This document shows, piece by piece, positions 23,498 to 34,200 of a stretch of 64,000 bases of DNA. The DNA lies in contig NW_021833065.1 of the NCBI RefSeq assembly GCF_006345805.1, forward strand, positions 496,001 to 560,000, read 5' to 3'. Each line of letters opens with the position of its first letter. Positions within the stretch are counted from its first letter, which is position 1. The position numbers and the translations under genes were made by a program. The notes beneath the pieces were generated by a model that saw nothing but the letters and a program-made list of their open reading frames with translations, was not told the DNA's origin and ran no database searches. The stretch is from Octopus sinensis. Lineage: Eukaryota.

Positions 23498-24605
23498 CTA
23501 GCAGTATCACCCGGTGTTGCTTGGGTTTGTTTCGACCCTTTAGAATCAGAATTTTTGAAAAGTAAAAATTTTGCATTATGCAACTTGTTATTCTCTTCAA
23601 GTGAAATGCTTCCAGTTGAAATACACCGAAAAATGAAGACACAGCAGTCAAAAATCGTAAAAAATAGGGATTTTCATAGAAAAAAAAGCACTTTTTTGAT
23701 GTAAATAATTTTTGGTGTTAACATGGTCCGATTTGAATTTTATCTTCTGCAGAATGAAGAGCAAGCCTTCTTCTATTATACTATCAATTTTGGTAAACTT
23801 GCACTGCAGGGTCTCGAAGGAGATAGTGTTAGTTGAAAGCTACCAAACCTGTCACACACAGACAACTTCAGCTTTATATATATAGATTTGCTACACACTA
23901 CTTTCCATCCTTAATAATGAAACTTGGTAGATCCAAAAGTTAAACACACAGACACACACACAGATACACATACAGAAACACAAGTTGAGTTTTATATATA
24001 TAGATTTCTCAACGGGGATTTCAGGGGAGAGTTTCAAGGAGTCGCTGGCGATGTATCGTGATGATTAAAAATCCGGCCTGCTAAAATTTGGTTAAAGTGA
24101 TTCAAACTGCAGACTCAATGCAAAATGGTTACATTTAATTCAAAGCGTTAAAAATGTTATGAAAACAATTGGTATGTGTTCACAAAGTCCAAACGATTAA
24201 TACGAAAAAACCCTCCAGGCTACATCCCGAAAATTCATTTCTTTGCCGAATTTCTACAATGTTTACGGTGATTCGTTTTTATATCTTGATTTTTTATTTT
24301 TCATGCAATTTACGCATGCTTGCACACGTGGTGAACACAGTTCACGTCAAACAGCTGACTGAGTAAATTTCACTATTCAGTGCATGGGATAAGGCCTAAA
24401 CAAACACATTATTGATTTTTGCACTTGTGAGATGAATTTTGGAACAGAAATAGCGCAATTCAATTTTCATTCACCTAAACTTTAAGTGACCCATTTTTGG
24501 TGGTTCTACGATTTGTTGGCCAGGAGGAGATATGCTGGGAAGTTAAACACACAGACACACACAGATACACACATAGACACACAAGTTGAGTTTTATATAT
24601 ATAGA
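23498..24605 (-). mobile_element. Helitron family 2 (23498-23886) extended by two further Helitron 5' ends
   Basis: 3' CTAG at 23498-23501 with hairpin; TCTATATATATAAA 5' termini ending at 23886, 24004 and 24605. Confidence 0.8.
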
Positions 24606-25790
24606 TATACACACACACATGCTCGTGCATGTGTGTGCACATACACACACACACATGTATGTAAACGTGTGTGTCTATGCATGTGCACTCATACTTCATT
24701 TCCTTACAATGGAGTTAAGTGCATAGAATTTTAAGTCATATCCTTAACGTTTTAGAAGTGAATGTAATTAAAATCTCTTCTCTAATTTAGATTAGTGTTT
24801 GTGGTTGAGGTTTCATAACTACATTGATATCAGTGTGCATGATAATTTCTATCTTTCTTTATTTCTAAGTATATAACTATTGCTTGTGGGTTAATAGCAT
24901 ACAATGTAGGTCAATAACTTCCATTGTAGGTCAAATAGTGATTCAGTTATATGTTTTTGGTGTTAAGAGTTTTTAGGATTCTCTTGGTGGCTCTGTAGAT
25001 AAACTTATTTTATTCATGTTCATAGGAAAACCACTAGCATATGCCAGGTATTATCTTGAGGCACTAAACAGAACTCTTGAAATGACATAAAAACACCTAT
25101 TTTTTATATTATATAATAGCTTCATTGATTGCAAGTGTTCATTGGGCTTATCATAACGTCATTATATTTGCAAATAAGAGTGCCATGCGAATTTCTGTAT
25201 AATTTAGGAAGAATAAATATCACATGGTATTGTTTTGATTCAATGCACTGGTTTATTGCAGATATATATATATATATAATATATATATATATTGCTCACT
25301 CTCTTTCTCTCTCACTCACTCACTCTCTCTCTCTCTTACACACACACACACAGGGCTACTGTTGAGTTGATTATACTCAACAAAGCAGAAACAACATACA
25401 GCTGTCTTTTTTTCTCTAGACAATCAAAAGCATGTCACTTTTGGAGAATTCATGATTTTTGAGATTATCTCCCATTCTCATTTGGAGTTCGTCTCAATTA
25501 CCACCAGGCACTTTTTCTATCTCCTCTGAAAGCAGAGATAATTTCAGTAAATAAAAATTTTTATTTTGTATGGTATTTAATACACCCTTCTTAGTTTTTT
25601 TTTTCAAATTCAGGCCATTGGCTCACTCTGAAATATTTCTCTACGTTCATTTTTATGCAAATTACCAAAGTCATACACATGTTCTACTTGTTTATAAATA
25701 TGTCAATCTCATTCTGGATGATGACTTTGATTGAGGCAGAAACATAAATATAAGTTGTAATAACGAAGTCAAACCAAATAGTGATATTTT

Positions 25791-26012
25791 GGGCCGTTGC
25801 CAGTACCGCCTGACTGGCCCTTGTGCCGGTTGCACGTAAAAGCACCCACTACACTCTCGGAGTGGTTGGCGTTAGGAAGGGCATCCAGCTGTAGAAACTC
25901 TGCCAGATCAGATTGGAGTCTGGTGCAGCCATCTGGTTCGCCAAACCTCAGTCAAATCGTCCAACCCATGCTAGCATGAAAAGCAGACGTTAAACGATGA
26001 TGATGATGATGA
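25791..26012 (+). mobile_element. SINE family B, single module, well conserved
   Basis: cctgactggcccttgtgccggttgcacgtaaaagcaccc...gacgttaaacgatgatgatgatgatgat. Confidence 0.92.
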
Positions 26013-26639
26013 TTAACTGATTTCAAAGTATCACTATTTGGTTTGACTTCATTACTATAACTTATATGATGTGATACCAATACAAACTAACTGATCCAGA
26101 CTCTACTTATGCAGATACTCTGACATCAATTTGGAGTAGTTATATTTGACTCAAGTTGAAAAATCTGGTACTGCATACTGCTTCTTAGCACAACAGGAAA
26201 TATATATATATATATATATATGATGAACCAACTATTGTGCTTCTCCATTTTCTTATTTGCTATATATATATATATCATAATATATTATTAATATCAGGAA
26301 GTCAACATTAGAAAGTTCTTCAGAAAGATAAATACATATTTAAAATAATTGTTGTATTAAAAATATAAATATATGTAAAAATGTATAAGTATAAATATAC
26401 AATGTATGTGACAGTTTAATTACATGCTTCATATGGTAGAGTAGACAGGATGTTGGCCACAGTTAGTTGGCATTCTGGAGGGTTTAACATTTCAGTGACA
26501 ATGGTTATCATGTGGAAAGATAATAGGTGATGGTGTGAAGTTACATCTGAATTTGTATAATATACATGATTGTTGGGTGATAGATGGCTGTAATCTACTA
26601 TAGGCTGCAGGGATGTATTCTCTAATTGAGCTTAAGTCA

Positions 26640-27230
26640 GCTAGCTGAGAATGGCATTTCTGGGTTATCAGTGGCCAATGGCTTGAAGGTCATTAAAGAA
26701 GCATATTTCAGGTGTCAACATTTGGCTAGTTTAGTTTTCTTATTGATGGATAGTGCAGTTTCTCATGGAGACAGAGTTGGCAATTACAAACTCTAGGTGA
26801 GTAAAGAGAGGCCTTTTTGAGGATGCTCCATGTGATGTTGAAGTTGTTTTCATGGTTCTGGAGTTTCCATGCAAAGCAAGAGAGGACAGTGGTGTTTTTT
26901 TTCAGTTTCTACATCTAAATGAGTGCATGTGTTGTGTAAATCTTTTCTTGAAGTTGCTAACTGTCATGCTTCATGATACTATTGGATGGTATTAGAGAGA
27001 ATTGGAGATTCACTTTGTAACCCATTGATAGAGTGGAGATTCTACTGCTGATAGACTTCTAAATAATTTCTAAAGTTGGGGTGGTGGTGTAGTTGGAGTA
27101 TCTATAAATATAAACTATTTCCTTGTTGGGCTTTCTGTTGGGGTAGTACTCACCTGTCTCTAGGTCTAGACTTTGTTAAGTTGGTGGTAACAGTTTCAGA
27201 CTGTATTCTTTGAAGATATATGATTTTGTT
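26640..27230 (-). mobile_element. Penelope-like element fragment (RT thumb plus GIY-YIG), decayed
   Basis: LDLETGEYYPNRKPN; FKKRFTQHMHSF; LSCFAWKLQ..FNITWSILKKA; CQLCLHEK. Confidence 0.8.
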
Positions 27231-27249
27231 GCATTTTGAGATGGTAAAT

Positions 27250-27497
27250 TTTTTTCTGCCAAATAAACACATGCACTATATATTTGTTTTTCACTTGTTT
27301 ATAACTGTTTTTATTCTAACTGATGTCCATTGTCTGGAAATCTTTCGTGGAGCACACATAAAGACAGAAAGTGTTGCTAAGGAGGTCACAGACATGTGAC
27401 GAAAGGTTTCTGGACAATGGACATGAGTTAGAATAAGAACAATAATAAATGAGAGAAGAACAAGTATAGAGTGCATGTGTTTATTTGGCAAAAAAAA
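27250..27497. repeat. Inverted repeat, about 99-bp arms and 50-nt spacer
   Basis: 27250-27348 versus 27399-27497, e.g. gccaaataaacacatgcact / agtgcatgtgtttatttggc. Confidence 0.8.
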
Positions 27498-27699
27498 AAA
27501 AAAAAGACCATCCCCCAATACAACAATATCTGTTTGAACACATGACTTTACATAAGGAATCTTGCAACACAAATTCATTTATATGATTCTCCTGAACTTA
27601 CTAATATACATCAGTTCCTAGGATTTGAGATTGCCTAACCATCATTTCTGAACAAGACTGAACTGTGGGTGTGTGTATATAACTTTTAGAGTATTCAGG

Positions 27700-28700
27700 A
27701 TAAATAACCTAATTACGCCTATGCCGAGATTAGTGATGAGGACATAAACATCATCATACACACCAGAAAAACCTTGCTCTTTAACAAGGGATCTACCTGG
27801 GTCAAGCAAACTGACCCAAAAGGCTCATTCAATGAAGTGATGGGGGTATTTCACAGTGTTGACGTATGTGACTAAATATAAAGTTCCCCTCAACTAGATT
27901 AGACCTCATCAAAGATGATGCTTGGCAATATTGAGAGGGGTCAACAGCCATATATTTAGTAGACTTAGGAAAGACCTAATCTGCACTCTGAATTTTTTTG
28001 AACTTAAAGTCACAATAAAAATAACCTGAAAATGGTTGATTTCCTCACTGTAACCTTAAACTTAAACACTGGTGCTTTTAAGCACTTTAAGAAACTGAAT
28101 GAGGAGTTGACATGTATAGCTTCTTGTCATTCAACCATTTTGTTCAGGACATAGTGAAGGGAGTCGGCAGAAGAATCTCCAATCTGTTTTCAAATAAAGA
28201 AATTTTTAATGCTGCAGTCCCATACTACAGCAAGGCCTTGGTTACTAGTTGGTTTAAGGATAAAATTAGTTACATGCCTGACCCTAACCCCACTGGAAAG
28301 TTTTGTGGTTTTCTCCCACTTCTCCCTGGATGTAAAAACTGGTGAAGGTAGGTTCTTAGTATATTTGATAAACACTTTCCCTAAATACATAAAGAAAAAT
28401 ATTTAATATCTATACCATGATAATCTTTTTTTAGCTGTGAACCTTGTATAAAGGAAATCATAGTAGGTATGTCTATACCTGAAATAGAGGCAGGATACCC
28501 ATGCAGAGTCAATGCTGTATGTCCACTAAGTGGCCAATGCAGCGCAGAAACTGTTGTATATAGGGCAATGTCAAAGGATCCGAGTAGGTAGACAGACGTT
28601 TGGACAGAAGATCCCTTTTGATGAGTGCCAGGATTGGTTTTCCCAAACTCTCGTGTATGAAACCAAGTGGTAAAATTGGCTCAAACGTGTCTATATTGCT
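27700..28700 (+). mobile_element. Penelope-like element fragment (RT to start of GIY-YIG), decayed
   Basis: ISDEDINIIIHTRKTLLF..WVK; NLKMVDFLTVTLNLNTG; RRISNLFSNKEIFNAAVPYYSKAL; CPLSGQCSAETVVYRA. Confidence 0.85.
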
Positions 28701-28707
28701 GTACTTT

Positions 28708-29925
28708 ACATACATACATACACGATGACCGTCCACTCGTGACTGAGGAAGACCATTGCCAACCTTCAGGAACATTGTGCGCTCTAGGACTAATTTATAT
28801 TTTGCATTTGCGGCTCCGTTGGTGGCTAATGAGCCCTGCTCTTGACAAGCATACACGACTGCAAACATTGCAGACTAAGCTTTCCCTATTCACTACACAA
28901 GCAGTGCATTTTTGCGCAGCTCGTTTAGGTTCTTCATGCTGGATACGTGCTCTCTCAAAAGTGTCGATCCCCTCCTTAACCTGCTTCCTCCATCTGTGGC
29001 GATGACAGGCATTGTTCTCCCTGTCAGTGTTCTGCACATCACAGGCCTTTAATAAGGACTTGACACAGTCCTTAAATCGCAGCCTTGGTTTCTGCCGGAG
29101 TCTCCTTCCATTCACAAGTTCTCCATAGAGCATCTGCTTAGGAATCCTGCTAGGATCTTTTCCTTTTGAACGGCAGACAATTTCTAGTTAACTAAACACT
29201 TTAAAACTTCGTATACTAGTAGATTGTGTCAAAATAAAACATTTTTTTCTCTTGGCTTTCTTGAGAAAATTGTAATTTGTTTGTTTAACGTAGTTTAATT
29301 TTTCGAATTTCAACCAATAATACGCCCTCTTTTGAGCTAAAATCATTTGCTGCATCTAAAACTGAGACAACATCCTGTCACTAACCCTCAACCTAACCCT
29401 AACCCTAATTTTTTTTCTTAATTGTTAAATTAATCTAATTGTTATGCGGGTAAAAAAAAACCAAAGCAATGGAAAATAATTTAAACAATTAACAAACAAA
29501 ATAATTCTATAATTTTATACACACTCTTCCCGTACGTATACGGAAAGCGTGTGTGTATATATTGTTACACACGTAACAATTAAATTAATTTAACAATTAA
29601 GAACAAAAAAAATTAGGGTTAGGGTTAGGTTGAGGGTTAGTGACAGGATGTTGTCTCGGTTTTAGACGCAGCAAATGATTTTAGTTCAATGGAGGTAATC
29701 GATTGGTTAAAATTGCCGAAATGCTCGGATTTTCAGACGAAATATCTTTCAAACTATAGAATTTTCTCAATAAAACCAAGAGAAAATGATGTTTTATAAA
29801 CACATTCTACCAGTATACGAAGTTTAAAACTTTTTAGTTTCCTAGATATTATGTTACAAACTGCCGTTCAAAAGGAAAAGATCCTCCTGCTATCCTTCAT
29901 TCTCATAAGGTGTCCAGTCCACATA
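28708..29925 (-). mobile_element. RTE-BovB-like LINE 3' end, interrupted by a MITE
   Basis: Removing the MITE and one TSD gives WTGHLMRMKDSRIPKQMLYGELVNGRR..KPRLRFKD..C2H2 finger CNVCSRVCLSRAGLISHQR; (TATG)n tail. Confidence 0.9.
29153..29884. mobile_element. Merlin-like fold-back MITE with telomere-like repeats
   Basis: TIR GGATCTTTTCCTTTTGAACGGCAG; perfect 8-bp TSD TCCTGCTA (29145-29152, 29885-29892); (TAACCC)/(TTAGGG) in both arms. Confidence 0.9.
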
Positions 29926-29958
29926 TGTATGTACGTACGTACGTACATACGTACACAC

Positions 29959-29991
<33 letters not shown>

Positions 29992-30010
29992 TACACACAT
30001 ACATACATAG
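29925..30010. repeat. Compound (TACG)/(CA)/(CATA) microsatellite
   Basis: Direct inspection. Confidence 0.9.
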
Positions 30011-30099
30011 TGTTACAATCTAAACAAGCTGTAATGCACTTTGTTTTCTTGACCGCATAGCCCTGTCCCACAATGTGTGTGTGCATGCGTGCGCGTGTA

Positions 30100-31270
30100 T
30101 CGATACTATTCTTACGGTAATAGTCATATCTAGTAAACAGTGATCTGCTCAAGATATCGCAGGGCTTCCAACATTGCCGTAGCTTTAGTTACAATCAAGA
30201 TAAGCGATTGCAGTTCTTATGTGGGATAAAGCAACTCTATTTATTTCACCATCTCACCAGACTTTTAAGGTACACAACTTCTAAAGTTGTCTCCCTTCTA
30301 AGCTTTTGTATCTCATTGGTTACAAGTGCGAAAAATTGCGCTAGAATTGAGTTTATTTACTTAGGATATTCAAATAGTTTCTTTAAAAACTTGAGTCACA
30401 AATCATTAGGCATGCAACACGGTAAGATGAACGGTTATAAAATTTGTTTATTTCGTTAGTCATTTGAATTACTGAATATAATGGCATGGTAAATATTTAA
30501 ATACGACGGAAAATGTCTTGTATTTCCCGTCGAAAATTAATTAACCATCTATGTTTTGTCTCATATGCTTATCTCAGATCAAAATTTCAGCTGTTTCACT
30601 TTCGAATCACAACACAAATATTTAGGATAAAGTAACAGTTATTTTTTCCTGTTACGACTTATTTACCTTTACCTACAAACTTTCGACAAATTCTTTCTCT
30701 GTTCTTGTTGCTTCATCATTCAACATTGTACGAACTGTGTTTTCTTTTATGTGAACGCAAATGTTTATCTTCGCACGCCAGCGAGTAGTATTTCTATATA
30801 TCATTTTGCGATGATTTATATCGATGTTCATTTGCTTTTTACACAAAAGAAGAGAGAGAGAATGTGTAAAATTTTCACAAAATAATATTACTACTCTGCT
30901 TAAGCAAAACAAGTTACGAACTCATATAAATTACTCGCAAGTACCCTATTTAAAAGAAGGAATCAATAACAGTTGTGTACGAACATCAGATTCATCAAGG
31001 ATTATGCTAATCCCTGTTTGGGACCATAAGCAAACTTCAGAGTTCAGAAAACTGCACTACGCATCATCAAGCGTTGCAAACAGAACAGCAAAAGAAATTT
31101 ATTAAAAATAACGATCATTTTGACATGCAAGGGTCACAGTTTGTTGCCTTAAAAAACATATTCTCGCAGTTGTTGTCACTATATAGAAAAATCACTCTTA
31201 AACGCCCGGACACCTATACAACGGCTCAGAGAACTACTACAGCAGCATCCTAAAAACACTATCGTTTCTA
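30100..31270. promoter_or_regulatory. CpG-retaining, non-repeat region; probable ZSWIM7 (possibly bidirectional) promoter
   Basis: Many CpGs in otherwise AT-rich unique sequence, flanked by CpG-poor DNA; contains + strand donor at 30422 and - strand donor-like GTAAGA near 30115. Confidence 0.5.
30412..30421 (+). CDS. ZSWIM7: Candidate ZSWIM7 first coding exon (ATG CAA CAC G)
   Basis: Phase-1 exon with G|GTAAGA donor inside a CpG-retaining region; an alternative ATG exon at 32708-32726 also fits the phase. Confidence 0.45.
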
Positions 31271-34200
31271 TTCAGCTTAGACAAACGTAAAAATAAAATA
31301 ATAAAAAAAACCCACCAAAAACCATACACTTAGAAGTAGTTGCATCATTAATTGCCTCATTAGCTCCAAATGTTGTGCTGGGATGCACATCACCTGTAAA
31401 ATATGTAGAGGGACAGCAAATGTTTCATTCAGATCAAGTTCATCTTGTCCACTTTCACTGTGGCTGTCACCTGAATTTATGGGAGTATAGATATAGATTG
31501 AACGGTGTAGAAAGTGTAAAATGTTGAGAATGTCACACTGTTGCACTGTATGCAATTCCTCACAGTGTGTCAGGTGTGGTGGAGACCTAGTATAAACTGG
31601 AATAACAGATCTGTTTCACATCTTGTTCAGTCAACTCCTGACATAATCAGAGCTTATCTGGGTCTACACAAAAATAATTACACACTTCATAATATCATCA
31701 TCATCATCATCGTTTAACGTCCATTTTCCATGCTGGCATGAGTTGGACGGTTCGACAGCAGTCTGGGAAGCCAGGAAGCTGCACCAGGCCCCAATCTGAT
31801 CTGGCATTGTTTTCTACAGCTGGATGCCCTTCCTAACGCCAGCCACTCCGAGTGTATAGTGGATCTTTTTATGTACCACTGGCACAGGGGCTAGAGGAGC
31901 TGGCATCGACCACGATTGGATGGTGCTTTTTACATGCCACCGGCACAGAAGCCAGTCAAAGCAGCACTATTTGATATATTTAAAGTCATCATAACATCTC
32001 ATTACCTATGACAAAAAAAAGGTGACATTTCAAAATCACAAATTCTGTATTTTGGATTTATGTCTTGCAAATTTCATTGTGACAGAGAGAAGTGGCATCT
32101 TTAATTATTACATTCTTGAGATCAAATTTTGTATTTATACATGTTGTATTGTAGAGGTTGTGTTGGGCAAAGAGATATGTTTGCCAAGCCAACAACATTA
32201 TTCATGTATCTTTGAAATATGAGTTGTTCTAGGTCACATGTGTAGTGTGAATGGAGTATATTACAGAAATAAAATAATGAAAATTAGCATACATTGGCAG
32301 TAACCTGGTGGAATCAAGACAGCAAACTGTTGTCTTGTTCAACTAAGACATGTCTGAGGCTAACCAATACAAGAGTTGAAAGAATCTTTCTGTTGATTCT
32401 TTGCTCTGGTTAATTTCTGTAGAAGAAAGTTTGGAGTTTCATTATGTAGCCAATACATGGCTGAGAGATACAACTCTTTCAATGGTTTATTAATTTGGTG
32501 AAAAGCAGTGACTAACTAAAACTTTATGTGGTTGCATGAGTGTTTTACAAGGTTTTGATTGTTAATAGAGCATAGTATTGTTAACAGGAGACACACTATC
32601 AGCCCTTGATGGTTGTCTAGTACCCTAAAGACTCAGTCATTTTTGCTTCTACAAGATGTTTGATAGAGACATACTCATGAAATAAGATAAAAGAAAGTTT
32701 AACAAACATGACAACCTTTGAATTCTGTAAGTCATCAATCAGAGGCCATTTATGCAAATTAGTTTAAGAAGCACTAGTCTTACAAATATACAAGAAAGCT
32801 TCTTGAACTATAATTTAGCTACCTTAGGAATTTTAATGCTTTTCTTCTGTGTAAAAAATCATTATTAACAATAATAATCTAAATATATATTGATTTTTAG
32901 CAGTTATTTGCAAAATATCTAAGCGTTATTGAACTGTCAATTTGATATATATATATATATTTTACGTTGTTTTGTCTTGTTTATCGGAAATCATTAAAAG
33001 CATAACAATATAATAATTTTTTTCTCCCCAGATGTGTTACTTTCTACTGTAGAGACCCAATTAATGTCAGAAGTCTCTCGAGTCTACAAGGAAACCAATT
33101 CATGTAAGATATTTTCAGCTCTCAGTTTTAACTATTTCATGCAGTACATTGGAAATGACAACAGAAATGTTTCATAGTCTTCAGTTTAGTTTTGAGACGT
33201 AAGAGATAGCATATAGATTCAATAATTATATTGTTTATGAATAAAGTATATAGAGCAACATGATCTTGGGTAGGCGTTATTAAAATGTTATCTCCCTTTA
33301 ACCAACTGATAGTCGATATAAGTCCCAAACCAGTCATGGGTAATCGACGGTCCGTGGGACCTTCAGAATGGTAAGCCCAATGAAAAATTTACCTTTAACT
33401 TTCTTAGTTATGCAGTCTGCCAGATCATGAGCCTTGTCTCATGCAGCCTGCTTCTTGGAAAGTTACCAATGCCTGGTCTAAACTTTAATTTATATGTATA
33501 TGCTAAACCTTCAATGCTGGAAAGAGCACTTCTTGAGTCTTCTGAACCAAAACTCCAATGTGGTACCCATGCATCCAACTCAACACTGGTTGAACACGCC
33601 ACCATTCTACGAAGAGTACCAGATTGCCCTCAACTGCATGAAGCAGTGAGAGTCTCCTGGCCTAGACAACCTCCCAGGGGAACTTCTAAAACATGGTTGA
33701 CTACTATTAAACACTTGTCTGTTCTCATTGTTTCTCCGAATGTGGAAGAACTGCCATGTTCCCAAAGATCTCAAAGATGTTGTTATTATTATTACCATCT
33801 TCGAAAAAGGAGATAGAAAGATCTGTGGGAACTATTGTGGCATCTCACTGCTCTCCACTACAGGGAAAATCTTTGCAAGACTCCTGGATCATCTCAAAAT
33901 CATTGCGGAGGAAGTCCTACCTGAATTACAATATGGATTTCGACCATCCAGAGGGACAACTGACATGATCTTTTGTGCTTGACAAATACAAGAAAAGAAT
34001 AGAGAACAACAAAAACCTCTCTATTTTGTTTTCTACGACCTCGAGAAGGCCTTTGATACCGTCCCAAGGCTGGCAATGTGGAAGGTCCTCTGATGCTTTG
34101 GCTATCCTGATCAGTTCGTTACATATATTGATTTAACTATGAGCGGGTGCTGAAAAGTTCCTGGTTTTGGGTTAAAGAAAATAAGGGAGGATCAGTTAAT

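Noticed and set aside
25400-25720. Candidate minus-strand exons (EHVYDFGNLHKNERREIFQ / KEIEKVPGGN-TGA, or GDRKSAWW) and a possible Sec read-through
   Set aside because: Weak upstream acceptor, no recognisable homology, no SECIS seen; kept only as a lead under the hidden-gene finding
30673-30810. Minus-strand first exon MLNDEATRTEKEFVES with GTAGGT donor
   Set aside because: No downstream exon could be joined convincingly, and it would overlap ZSWIM7 intron 1
31277-31660. 92-aa ORF / possible CxxC-containing LINE 5' remnant
   Set aside because: Too degenerate to assign; no splice-consistent link to either gene
32708-32726. Alternative ZSWIM7 start exon (MTTFEF + t|GTAAGT)
   Set aside because: Phase-compatible, but lies in CpG-poor DNA with no promoter-like context; less favoured than 30412, not excluded
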